Shown here piece after piece: positions 13,591-24,423 of a stretch of DNA of 64,000 nt; positions within the stretch are counted from its first letter, which is position 1; each line of letters opens with the position of its first letter. The position numbers were made by a program, and so were the translations under genes. Under the pieces are notes generated by a model, which worked only from the letters and a program-made list of their open reading frames with translations, was not told the DNA's origin and made no database searches. The stretch covers positions 9,176,001 through 9,240,000 of the forward strand of contig JBHGNT010000010.1 in NCBI GenBank assembly GCA_043228905.1, in the 5' to 3' direction. This DNA is from Azolla caroliniana (lineage: Eukaryota; Plantae; Polypodiophyta).

Positions 13591-14530
13591 CTCCTGTAAG
13601 TACTGATCGACCTCTTCATTAGCCAATCCTTCAAGCATGTTGACACATTCCACATACAACGGTGTCAGCTCCTTGCTGGTACTCAAACGTAGTTGTCTAG
13701 GTACTCGTACTTTCGCTTTGCCGCGCTGGAAAGTAATTATGTTTTTCCGCTAGTTTTGCTTGATGTGCGTTGTTTTTAGCCAATGGGCGGCCCAGCAACA
13801 TTGGGTATGCCCCTTGTGCATTGAGTTGGAGGACTACTACCGAAATGTGCAATGCGTGACACCAAATCTCGTATCAATCCGGTAGGTCTTACTGAGCTTG
13901 TGTCCACCATCCGGAGCCAAAACGAGCACGGCTCCCAGTCCTGGATCCCCAGGGTATTACAAGTTCGGAGGCTAATCACGTTCACGCCGGATCCTCCGTC
14001 TAGGGTTTAGCTCTCGTCCCTTGACGATGGCTGTGATAGCCGGACTGCTCGTGTCCACTACTGTCGGTCCTTCCTCCAGATTAGAAAAGAACGCCGGAGC
14101 TGGTGGCGTGTTGACCGTAGTCATTCCCGTCTTTAGTCCTTCCGTAAACCGAGGTACTAACTGCAATAGCCAACCTAATGGTAGCGTGATTTAGCATTCT
14201 TGCAATGCTTGCCATGTTGGGTTTTCCGCCTGGCTATTGCCGTTGGGCTCCTCTGGATTCTCTTTTTGTTGTTCCAGTTCTGCCACATTCTACTCATTTG
14301 CCTTCTTTACCCATTCAGTGGCCTGCTTCCAGATGGCTTCTTGGGTTTCCCACTCCGTTGCTTTTCCTTTTGACCTCGTGGTCACTTATTCTATGTCCGC
14401 GACTTCCGCTACCACCATGTTTACCGTTGGTTACTTATCATAGCTTTTCGCCGGACATTGGTTACTGTAGTGTCCCTCTTGTCGGCAATAGTAGGAGTAA
14501 GCCTTCCGGGTGTTGTTGGATTCTGCTTTC
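13591..14530 (-). mobile_element. Fragment of a second Gypsy (gag-protease region)
   Basis: Translates NVISLRTCNTLGIQDWEPCSFWLRMVDTSSVRPTGLIRDL, paralogous to the 10900-11100 region of the nested Gypsy. Confidence 0.75.
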
Positions 14531-14697
14531 ACTCCGGCACTTTGTTGTTATATAAAGGTTCGGCTCATATCTCTCTCTATCCCTCTCTGTCCCTTTCCGG
14601 AATAGCTATTTTTCCTTAGTGTTTAAGGGTGACATAAGATCGCCTACATTCATGTGTGTGTGGTTTCGAAATCCCACACCCAACATAGTCATTGGTC

Positions 14698-14751
<54 letters not shown>

Positions 14752-15128
14752 CGTGGTCATTACCATTTTCCTTTACATAGTTTTTAGAGGATGACTGTTT
14801 TGGTAAAAGTTGGTTTTCGACAGTGGTTTACGGTAGGGATTTAAGGTCGCCCATATTCAACTCCGCGTGGGTTTGAACCCCACAACCAGCATCATCATCC
14901 ATCTATGTAGTTATCTTTCTCTCTCTCTTTTCTTGTGGTCATTTCCATATTTCCTTTATTTAGTCTATAGATAAATAGCTTTTCTGTAAAGGTTTCGGGC
15001 TCATATCTTTGTCCTTCTCTATTTCTTTCTCAAATAGATAGCTTGCCTTGGTGGTTAAGCACGACTTAAGATCGCCCGCACTCAAGTATGTGTGTCTTTG
15101 AACCCCACAAGCAACATCTTTATCTAGC

Positions 15129-15182
<54 letters not shown>

Positions 15183-15436
15183 AAAGCTCTTTGTAAGTTC
15201 ACTCCGGCTATCGTTTTCTACATTCTATAGCTCGTTGGAAGTCTCTTTGAGAGAGCAATGTTCATTTACTGAATTTTGTTACCATGGCGAGAAGTTATGA
15301 GCATTTTCATCCGCAGCCATCTTTGCCCCACGGTTCCTCAAACGGAAGGAAGATTTTGAAACCCTAAATCAAGTGAAAGGTACATTCTCTCTCCTTCCCT
15401 CTTTGTCTCTCTTTTCCCATAGGGTTTGTCCCTACA

Positions 15437-16305
15437 ATGGCAAATACTCGTAAAACCGCTACAAAGTTCGGGGGTATGATTGATAATGAGCCAAGATCAC
15501 CAACAAATCTCGATTCTAATGCAATGGACAAAATGCTTATGAGTCACTTGATTTCTCTTCAAGAAAGCATAAACAAGCAAGGTGAAGAGATTAGGATGTT
15601 AATGAAAGAGAATACTAAGCTCCAAAGTGTTATCATAGAGAATGAAAGTCTTAAACAAGTGGTTGCAAAACTTCAAGAAGAGATTCAAGAATGTAAAAGA
15701 GCTTCTTTTGAAACAAATGAGCGCCTTAACAAGATTGAGTTAAAGGAAGCATTAAAAGAAGAAAAATTGGACACGATGAGGCGGAATGTAAGTGAGAAGA
15801 AAAAAGTATGTACAACGAAGTCATGGAACTATGTATGTGGCGGGGATATGTTATCAAACTCATCTAATATGCATGTGATGCATCAAGAGAAGAATATAGA
15901 AAGCATAGATGTCCGAGAATTGAAAGAACGTGAACGACGATCAAAGAACATTGTCGTCCGTGGGATTAAAGAAGAGAGTATGGAAACACCCACATCCCTT
16001 GGAAAGGCCATTAGTGAATTTTTTAGCATGCATTATGGGATGTCAGATGTGAATGTATATGGGGCACACCAAGTTGGGAAACATAGTGTTACTCACTTCG
16101 GAGAAAGGCCTATTTATGCACAATGACAGATTATACAAAGCGGCGAATCATACTTGAAAATAGTTGGGTATACCTCAAAGGTACACAATGCTTTGTTAGT
16201 GAAGATCGTACTATCTCACAGCAAAATGCTCGTCGTAAAGCATATGAAGAAAGATTGAAAAACAAGGTTAAGGATGTGCCTAAAGATGGAAATGTAGGCA
16301 AATAG
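15437..16305 (+). pseudogene. LINE ORF1 (coiled-coil/RNA-binding), one frameshift near 16115
   Basis: ORFs 15437-16126 and 16123-16305 overlap in different frames. Confidence 0.75.
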
Positions 16306-19300
16306 GGACACGTGATCTATGAGACTAACCCGCGCCTTTTACGACTATGCTTTTGGAATTGCAATGGATACCCATGGAATGCGGGATTTGGCATAAAAGA
16401 GTTCACTGATGATTCGGATATCACACTTCTTGTTGAAACATGGGAGCATGATACTCAAAGGATTCAAGGTTTAGGAAACTATAATGTACACTCTTTGATA
16501 TGAAAGAAAAATCCAAGACAAAGAAGAGGACAAGGAGGGGTGGCATGTTTGATTAAGAAGGTAATAGAGAAATATGTGTCAATCCTAAAAATTGATGAAA
16601 ATAAATGCTACATATGGCTCAAAATAGAAACACCTCATGATTTGCCCACTTTTGTAGTTGGATGTTACATTCCTCATCAAGATTCTAACTTTTATGCTTG
16701 TTTGGATAAAGATCAACCGTTTGCCAATCTAGAAGATGATATTGCTTATTTCAAATCCAAAGGGGAAGTTATTGTCTTTGGTGACATGAATGCTCGTACA
16801 AGAAGTTTCCAACTTGATTCACAAGAATCTTTCATGCCACATATATCAAGGATGCAAGAGGATATGCAAATGTATAACCGCTCTTCTAGTGATGAAAACG
16901 ATCCGGACCAATTTGGGAAGTTACTCCTACAAATGTGCAATAGTACCAGATTGCTTATTGCAAATGGTATTTCCTTATGGACCAACACTAATGGTTTTAC
17001 ATGTAGAAAACACAACGGAAATAGTGTGATTGATTATGTGCAACTTTCTGAAGGTATTTTGGATCATATACATAAATTCTCACTTGGTGAATGGACACCG
17101 GAATCCGATCATAGGACTTTATGTATTGATCTCAAATGTATGCATAGGTTTGATTGTGAGAAGGCTATTGAAGATAATAAACAACCACACTTGAGCATGA
17201 ACCTTAAGCGAGCACCCATGTATTCCAAGATGGTTGAGGATATGCTACAAATGATAAAGATACAACATGGTGCCACACTAGAATGCAAATGGGAAGCTTT
17301 CAAGAAATTCATTCTCTCATGTACAAACAAATTTTTTGGAAATGCACCAAGAAACTTAGGAAAAAATGGTTTGATAAAGAATGTCGTGAAGCTCGAAAGT
17401 GCCTTATGGTTTTGGATATAGTTAAGGATAAAGAGAATTACCAAAAGCATTTGCATGAGTATAAAAGGCTTATTCAAAGAAAGAGAAGAATATGGGAAGT
17501 TACTCAACAATTTATCCAAACACAAGAGAAAGCACATGCATGTGCTAAATTTTGGGGAAATCTAAAGGGAAAACGTGTTGAGAGTTATGGTGACTTAACT
17601 CTTCACGACTTGTCTATGCATTGTAAGAATTTAGATGAGTTATCTCTTGCCGGAAAGATGATGTGTTATGGTTCTCTTTCACATATGCCTCCCTTCTTTA
17701 CAATTGAAGATATATGCATAGGACTTAAGAAATTGGCCTCTTGAAAGGCAAGCGATCTTCAATGTATAAAGGCTGAAATGCTCAAATGGACGAGAAAGGA
17801 AGCACATATATGGATAAGCGATATGTTTAATGATGCATTGCAACATGGTATGCCATACGATTGGACTACAAATTGGATCAAACATTTACATAAAGGTGGA
17901 GATATAAATAATGTAAACAACTATCAAACCATCATGGTTGGCTCATTAATGGCAAAACTATTTGGATGTATAATGGAATCAAAGATAAGTGTATGGGCTG
18001 AAAAAAGTGGTAAGAGAGCTTATGGACAAGCTGGCTTTCGGAAACACCATAGCACCATTGATCACCATAGCACCATTGATCACCTTATCACCCTTCGAGT
18101 ATTAATGGAGGAAAGTCGCCTTAGGAGTAAAGGTTTATATTGTTGCTTTGTAGACTTCAAGAAAGCTTTTGATATGGTACCTCATGAGCATCTTTGGAGG
18201 CGAATGGAAGAACTTGAGGTGCCAAGTGAATATATGCTTGCAATTTCCCGAATTTATGAGAAGGTTATATGTTGTGTGTGCATGAGAGATAAACTTTCAG
18301 ATTTTTTCAAAAGCACTATTGGTGTTAAGCAAGGATGCCCACTCTCACCAACACTATTTGGTCTATGCATTGATGAATTGGAAGAAATGGTTACCAAGTT
18401 TGCAAAGGAAGAATGTGTTGAAGAAGTTGCCATTCGGAATGTTGTGATTATGCTTTTGCTATATGCAGATGATGTAGTGCTTTTTGCAAATACTTTAGGA
18501 GATGCACAAAAGCTTATGAAGGCATTGGAAAAGTTTTGCATGCATGCTAAATTAAGTGTCAATAGCTCTAAAACAAAGATTATGCTTGTGAAGAGCCAAA
18601 AAAGAGATAAACCATGCATTATGTACAACAATGAGCCACTTGAATGTGTGGAAAGCTTCAAATATCTTGGCCTTGAAGTTCCTTCAAATCATAGATGGAA
18701 TGAATGTGCTACACGCCGCTTAGAGGCGGGCAAACGAGCATACTATGCATTTGAGAACACATGCAATCTTGTAGATATTAAGTGTTGGGTACTCATGAAA
18801 TATCTTTTCGACACTTTGGTGACACCGGTTCTTCTCTATGGGGTGGAAGTATGGGGCGGTAGCATCCCTAAATCTATGTGGAAAGACTTTAAAAATGTCC
18901 AAAAGCATTTTCTTACCAAGTTTCTACAAGTTAAGAAACAAACGCCCTACACCCTCCTCCTCCTTGAGACGGGATCGCTTCCCATTGAGATCATGGCCAT
19001 GGAAAGGGTTGTTGAATACATGCTTCAGGTTCAAAAAAGTCCCTCACATCGACTTCCTAGAATTGCGTGGGAAGCAAGCAAAAAGATCCAAAAGACACAT
19101 AAAAGCAAAATTTTGTGTTCCGGTTGGATGCAAGATATAGAAAAATGGTTTGGTAGGTGGGATGCGAGACACTTGCTTCATGATGCATCATTAGATTCCT
19201 CTGTAAATGAGGCATTTTTGCAACGCCAATGTATCATGACATGGGACAAATGTGGAGGCTCACGCTTCACACATTATACTGCACATGTTGCACCTAACTA

Positions 19301-19685
19301 CAAAACCATATTCTTTGCGGAACGGGGAAATCGTACACATCCATACATGTTAGAGCCCATACCGTTATCTGCCATTAGAACCATTGCTTCCATGCGACTT
19401 AGCTCACATGCATTGCAATATGAAACAGGGCATTGGGGTACAAGTGATGAGAGTGGTCGGCTATGCACACTTTGCCCTAAACAAGTTCGTGAGTCTGAGT
19501 ATCACACTTTGATACAATGCTCTACCTTTGATCATATTTGACCATGCTTTCCACATCTCTTCGATCGAGCCCAATCTTTGCATGAATTCCTCTCACAACC
19601 ACAATGTGCACTCTCGATTGTAACATTCATTGGTAAAGTTCTTGAACATCGAGAGTCACTACTCACTTTCACACGTATCACGTGA
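16306..19685 (+). pseudogene. LINE ORF2 (APE endonuclease, reverse transcriptase, CCHC), with a few stops and a frameshift
   Basis: ORF pieces 16312-16503, 16540-17421, 17283-17744 and 17778-19541. In-frame 18-bp tandem duplication (HHSTID x2) at 18045-18080. Confidence 0.88.
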
Positions 19686-20450
19686 AATGTAATATTTTTG
19701 GTCTCATAGGTCATATTTGACCTCCAAAGACGATAATATAATATAATCTATCTATCTATCTATCTATCTATCTCTCTTCCTCTCCCTCTCCCTCTCTCTC
19801 TCTCTTATCATGGTCATTACCATTTTCCTTTAGTTAGTTTTTAGGGGCTGCGTTCGGGCTCATCTCTTTCTCTCTCTCTCCATCTTTATTTTTCTCTCTA
19901 ATTGTTAGTTTGCCAGAGTGGTTAAAGGGAGTGGCTTAAGATCGCTTGCATTCAACTGTGCATGTGGGTTCGAACTGCACAATCAATGTCATCATCCATC
20001 TATGTAGTTATCTCTCTTATCATGGACATTACTATTTTGCTTTAGTTAGTTTTTCGAGGCTGACCTTGTTTGTAAACGTTTAGCCTCATCTCTCTCTCTC
20101 CCTTTTTCTTTCTCCAATAGTTTCTTTGCGTGAGTGGTTAAGTGGAGCAACTTAAGATAGCTTGTATTCAAGTGTGTGTCGGTTCTAACCCCACAACCAA
20201 CATTATCATCTATCTATGCAGTTATCTTTCACTCTCTCTTTTCTTATGGTCATTACCATTTTTCCTTTATTTAGTTTCTAGATACCGACCTTTTTTGTAA
20301 AGGTTCGGGCTCGTCTCTTCTTCCTTGTCTGTTTCTTTCTCGAATAGCTAGCTTGCCTTATTGGTTAAGCCCAACTTAAGATCGTCCGCACTCAAGTGTG
20401 TGACTTCCAACATCACAACCAACATCGTCATCCATCTATTTCTTTGTCTT

Positions 20451-20519
<69 letters not shown>

Positions 20520-20736
20520 TCCTGCACATTCCCATTTTCCTTCACCTAGTTTTTAAGAGCGGACAATTTTTTTTTAAGTTCGGGCTCATCTCTCTCTCTC
20601 TCCCTCTCCCTCTCGCACTTTGTTATTTTTTTGGAATTGTTGGTTTGCAGGAGTAGTTAAGGGGAGCGACTTAAGATCTCTACCATTCAAGTGCGCATGG
20701 GTTCGAACCCCACACCAAACATCATCATCTAGCTAT

Positions 20737-21013
20737 CTAAGAGTTATCTTTCTCTCTCTCTCTTTTCTTGTGGTCATTACCATTTTTCCTTTATTCTCTT
20801 TTCTTGTGGTTCGGTTAGGTTTCAACTTTTCCCTAAACGGTTTTCGTTTAAATAGTTTAGTTTACCTTTTCTTAAATGGTTTGCTTTAATGGCTTGAAAG
20901 TCCATAAACAGTTTGGTTTGGTTTTTGCTTTATATAAATGGTTCGGTTCAATTCAGTTTGGTTTCAAGGCAAAGAAATAGAATTGAACCGAAACTGAACC
21001 GGGCCCATTGTTA
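20737..21013. mobile_element. Duplicated right half of the hAT MITE (841-bp offset)
   Basis: Aligns to 21578-21854 and ends GGGCCCATTGTTA followed by TSD TTAGTGGT. Confidence 0.75.
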
Positions 21014-21232
21014 TTAGTGGTTAAGGGCGACTTAAGATGGCCTGCACTCAAGTGTGTGTAGCTTAGAACCCCACAACCAACATAGGCATCAGTCTATTTC
21101 TCTCTCTCTCTCTCCTATCGTGGACATTACTATTTTGCTTTAGTTAGTTTTTAGGGTCTTACCTTTTTCGTAAACTTTCAACCTCATCTCTCTCTCTCTC
21201 TCTCTTACGCTCTTTGGTTTTTTTCTTTAGTG

Positions 21233-21315
21233 GTTGGTTTGCCCGAGTGGTTAAGGGGAGTGACTTAAGATTGCTTGCATTCAAGTGCGCGTGGGTTCGA
21301 ACCCCACGACCAACA
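21233..21315 (+). tRNA. trnL-UAA: tRNA-Leu(UAA) copy, near-intact (two G-U pairs in the anticodon stem)
   Basis: GTTGGTTTGCCCGAGTGGTTAAGGGGAGTGACTTAAGATTGCTTGCATTCAAGTGCGCGTGGGTTCGAACCCCACGACCAACA. A and B boxes are intact. Confidence 0.6.
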
Positions 21316-21459
21316 TCATCATCCATCTATTTGGTTATCTTTCTCTCTCTCTTTTCTCATGGTCATTACCATTTTTCCTTTATTTAATTTCTATATACCG
21401 ACCTTTTTTATTAAGGTTTGGCTTATCTCTCTATTGAATAGCTAGTTTGCCTTAGTGGT

Positions 21460-21854
21460 TAGCAATGGGCCCAGTTTCGGCTCAAACCAAACCGAACCGT
21501 TTAGCCATGGTTTGAAAGTTTATAAGTTCCAAAATAAGTAAATTGTTTGGTTTGGTTTTAATTATTAATCAACGGTTCTAAGAGTTATCTTTCTCTCTCT
21601 CTCTTTTCTTGTGGTCATTACCATTTTTCCTTTATTCTCTTTTCTCGTGGTTCGGTTAGGTTTCAACTTTTCCCTAAACGGTTTTGGTTTAAAGTGTTTG
21701 CTTTGTCTTTTCTTAAATGGTTTGGTATAATGGCTTGAAAGTTCATAAACGGTTTGGTTTGGTTTTTGTTTTATATAAATGGTTTGGTTCAATTTAGTTT
21801 GGTTTCAAGGAAAACAAAGCCAACCGAACCAAAAGCGAACTGGGCCCATTGCTA
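21460..21854. mobile_element. hAT-type MITE (395 bp)
   Basis: Perfect 17-bp TIRs TAGCAATGGGCCCAGTT / AACTGGGCCCATTGCTA. 8-bp TSD TTAGTGGT (right copy has 1 extra nt; exact at 21014-21021 in the duplicate). Subterminal AACCG/CGGTT motifs. Confidence 0.8.
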
Positions 21855-21937
21855 TTAAGTGGTTAAGGGCGACTTAAGATGGCCTGCAGTCAAGTGTGTG
21901 TGGCTTCGAACCCCACAACCAACATCGTCATCGATCC

Positions 21938-21993
<56 letters not shown>

Positions 21994-22291
21994 CTCTTGG
22001 GTTTTTTCTTTAATGGTTGGTTTGCCTGAGTGGTTAAGGGGAGCGACTTAAGATAGCTTGCCAACCAATATCATCATCAATCTATGTAGTTATCTTTCTC
22101 TCTCTCTTTTCTCATGGTCATTACCGTTTTTCCTTTATTTAGTTTCGAGATACCAACCTTTTTTGTAAAGGTTCGGGCTCATCTCTCTCTCGTTTTCTAT
22201 TTCTTTCTTAAATAGCTAGCTTGCCTTAGTGGTTAAGCTCGATTTAAGATCGTCCGCACTCGAGTGTGTGTGGCCTTGAACCCCATAACCC

Positions 22292-22356
22292 CATGGGCCA
22301 AATTTGGCCTTAGAAGACTTTAATATATCTTTCTTTATTTCTCTCTCTCTCTCTCT
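22292..22356 (+). mobile_element. Extremely 5'-truncated LINE 3' tail
   Basis: CATGGGCCAAATTTGGCCTTAGAAGACTTTAATATATCTTTCTTT is nearly identical to 332-376. Confidence 0.75.
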
Positions 22357-22714
22357 TTTATAATGCACATTTCCATTTTCCTTTACCTAGGTTTTAGGAG
22401 TGGACCTTGTTTTTGAAAGTTCGGGCTCATCTGTCTCCCTCTCCCTCTTTGTTTTTTTTTCGAACCCCACAACCAACATCATCATCCATCTATGTAGTTA
22501 TCTTTCTCTCTCTCTTTTCTCAAGTTCATTGCCATTTTTATTTTATTTAGTTTCCAAATACCAACCTTTTTCATAAAGGTTCAGGCTCATCTCTATCTCC
22601 TTTTCTGTTTCTATCTCAAATAGCTAGCTTGCCTTAGTTGTTAAGTGCTACTTAAGATCGCCTGCACTAAAGTCTGTGTCGCATCCAACCCCACAACTAA
22701 CATTGTCATCCATC

Positions 22715-22752
<38 letters not shown>

Positions 22753-22857
22753 CGTGGACAATACTATTTTGTTGTAGTTAATTTTTATGGGCTGAGCTTC
22801 TTTATAAACGTTCATGCTCATCTATCTCTCTCTCGCTCTTTGTATTTTTTTGCAATG

Positions 22858-22940
22858 GTTGGTTTGCCTGAGTGGTTAAGGGGAGCGACTTAAGATCGCT
22901 TGCATTCAAGTGCGCGTGGGTTCAAACCCCACAACCAACA
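22858..22940 (+). tRNA. trnL-UAA: tRNA-Leu(UAA), intact-looking cloverleaf
   Basis: GTTGGTT/AACCAAC acceptor with A discriminator, CCT/GGG D-stem, AGCGA-CTTAAGA-TCGCT anticodon arm, long variable arm TGCATTCAAGTGCGC, GTGGG-TTCAAAC-CCCAC T-arm. CAA lies just upstream. Confidence 0.75.
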
Positions 22941-23172
22941 TCATCTATCTATTTATCTTTCTCTCAGTCTTTTCTCATGGTCATTACCATTTTTCCTTTA
23001 TTTAGCTTCTAGATACCGGCCTTTTTTATAAAGGTTCGTCTCATATCTGTCTCTGGCCCTCTCTATTCCAATTTTTTATTAGCTAGTTTGCCTCAGTGGT
23101 TAAGGGCGACGTAAGATGGCATGCACACAAGTGAGTGTGGTGTCAGACCCCACAACCAACATTGTCATCGAT

Positions 23173-23234
<62 letters not shown>

Positions 23235-23237
<3 letters not shown>

Positions 23238-23958
23238 CAAAGCGGTGGATCGTACTAGAAATTAGTTGGGTATACCTCAAAGGTATGCAATGCTTTGTGA
23301 GTGAAGATCGTACTATCTCACAACAAAATGCTTGTCATAAAGCATATGAAGAAAGATTGAAAAATAGGGTTAAGGATGTGCCTAAAGATGAAAATGTTGG
23401 GAAATAGGGACATGTGACCTATGAGACTAACCCACTCCTTTTACAACTATGCTTTTGGAATTGCAATGGATACTCATGGAATGAGGGATTTGGCATAGAG
23501 GAGTTCACCGATGACTCGGATATCACACTTCTTGTTGAAACATGGGAGCATGATACTCAAAGGGTTCAAGGTTTAGGAAACTATAATGTACAATCTTTGA
23601 TATGAAAGAAAAATCCAAGACAAAGAAGAGGACAAGGAGGGGTGGCATGTTTGATTAAGAAGGTAATAGAGAAATATGTGTCAATCATAAAAAACGATAA
23701 ACATAAATGCTACATATGGCTCAAAATAGAAACACCTCATGATTTGCCCACTTTTGTAGTTGGATGTTACATTCCACATCAAGATGCTAACTTTTATGCT
23801 TGTTTGGATAAAGATCAACCTTTTGCCAATTTCGAAGATGAAATTGCTTATTTCAAATCCAAAGGGGAAGTTATTGTCTTTGGTGACATGAATGCTCGTA
23901 CAAGAAGTTTCCAACTTGATTCACAAGAATCTTTCATGCCACATATCTCAAGGATGCA
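23235..23958 (+). mobile_element. Internal LINE fragment (end of ORF1 and N-half of endonuclease)
   Basis: Collinear with about 16132-16857 and starts directly after (TC)n. Confidence 0.88.
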
Positions 23959-23963
23959 ATATG

Positions 23964-24423
23964 TGTTACCCAGCCGGCAAGAGGGCTAGAAGATGTCCAA
24001 ACCAGAGTGTGAAAAGGGGAATTGTTATATGGGAATCTGTTGTAATTACTAGTCTTAATATATTAATATATGAGAAAATGTGGACGGACGGACCGGAATC
24101 GGTATGCCGATCTGGATCCAGACCGATCCCGAATAGGTGCCGGTTGGCACTGTTTTGTACTTCGCACCGGTGACCTATATAAAGGCCCGGTTACAATGTA
24201 GTCATTAACGGAGAGTAATATAAACCTTTTGTTTAATCATTGAGTATTGTTCATCGTTCTGTGCTTATTGTATATCTTACGCGTGTTAATGAAGTATTAC
24301 TAAGTAACCGATTAAGGTCCAATTAAACGTTGTGTAGTAAGTTATCTCACCGTAACACCCTTTGGTGAAGTGTCTTAAGTGGACACCTTGTGTTAGGCTG
24401 TTGTCCGGCCCTAAGGATTAACA
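23964..24423. mobile_element. Solo LTR (460 bp)
   Basis: TGTTA...TAACA ends, TSD ATATG at 23959-23963 and 24424-24428. Internal TATA-like CCTATATAAAG. Confidence 0.8.

Larger units (their letters stand above)
15180..19775 (+). mobile_element. Near full-length LINE, RTEX-like, inserted in a (TC)n tract of the tRNA array
   Basis: ORF1 is coiled-coil plus RRSKNIVVRGIKE. APE endonuclease motifs WNCNG, ETW, GDMNAR, SVIDY, SDH. RT motifs GVKQGCPLSPTLF and LLYADD. C-terminal RLSSH..ETG..RLCTLC..ESEYH..C zinc finger. 3' stem-loop and (TATC)n tail. Clade assignment is from recalled motifs. Confidence 0.9.
14535..23234 (+). repeat. Tandem array of about 16 degenerate tRNA-Leu(UAA)-like units, two alternating types (A/B), with (TC)n-containing spacers
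   Basis: Units at about 14605(B), 14809(A), 15037(B), 19904(A), 20120(A), 20347(B), 20639(A), 21014(B, 3' part), 21233(A), 21441(B, MITE-split), 22016(A, T-arm deleted), 22215(B), 22458(T-arm remnant), 22623(B), 22858(A), 23082(B). Shared core GAGTGGTTAAGGG..CGACTTAAGATCGC..GTTCGAACCCCACAACCAACA and shared spacer GTGGTCATTACCATTTT. Confidence 0.88.

Noticed and set aside
15380-15422. GT..polypyrimidine..AG in the LINE 5' UTR as an intron
   Set aside because: Only 43 nt, shorter than typical plant introns, and there is no transcript evidence.
22858-22940. tRNA as a stop-codon suppressor for the LINE TAG/TGA
   Set aside because: The anticodon is UAA, which reads the Leu codon UUA, not a stop codon.
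14535-23234. Regularly spaced repeats as a CRISPR array
   Set aside because: The repeats are tRNA-like, the spacers are homologous to each other, the context is eukaryotic and there are no cas genes.
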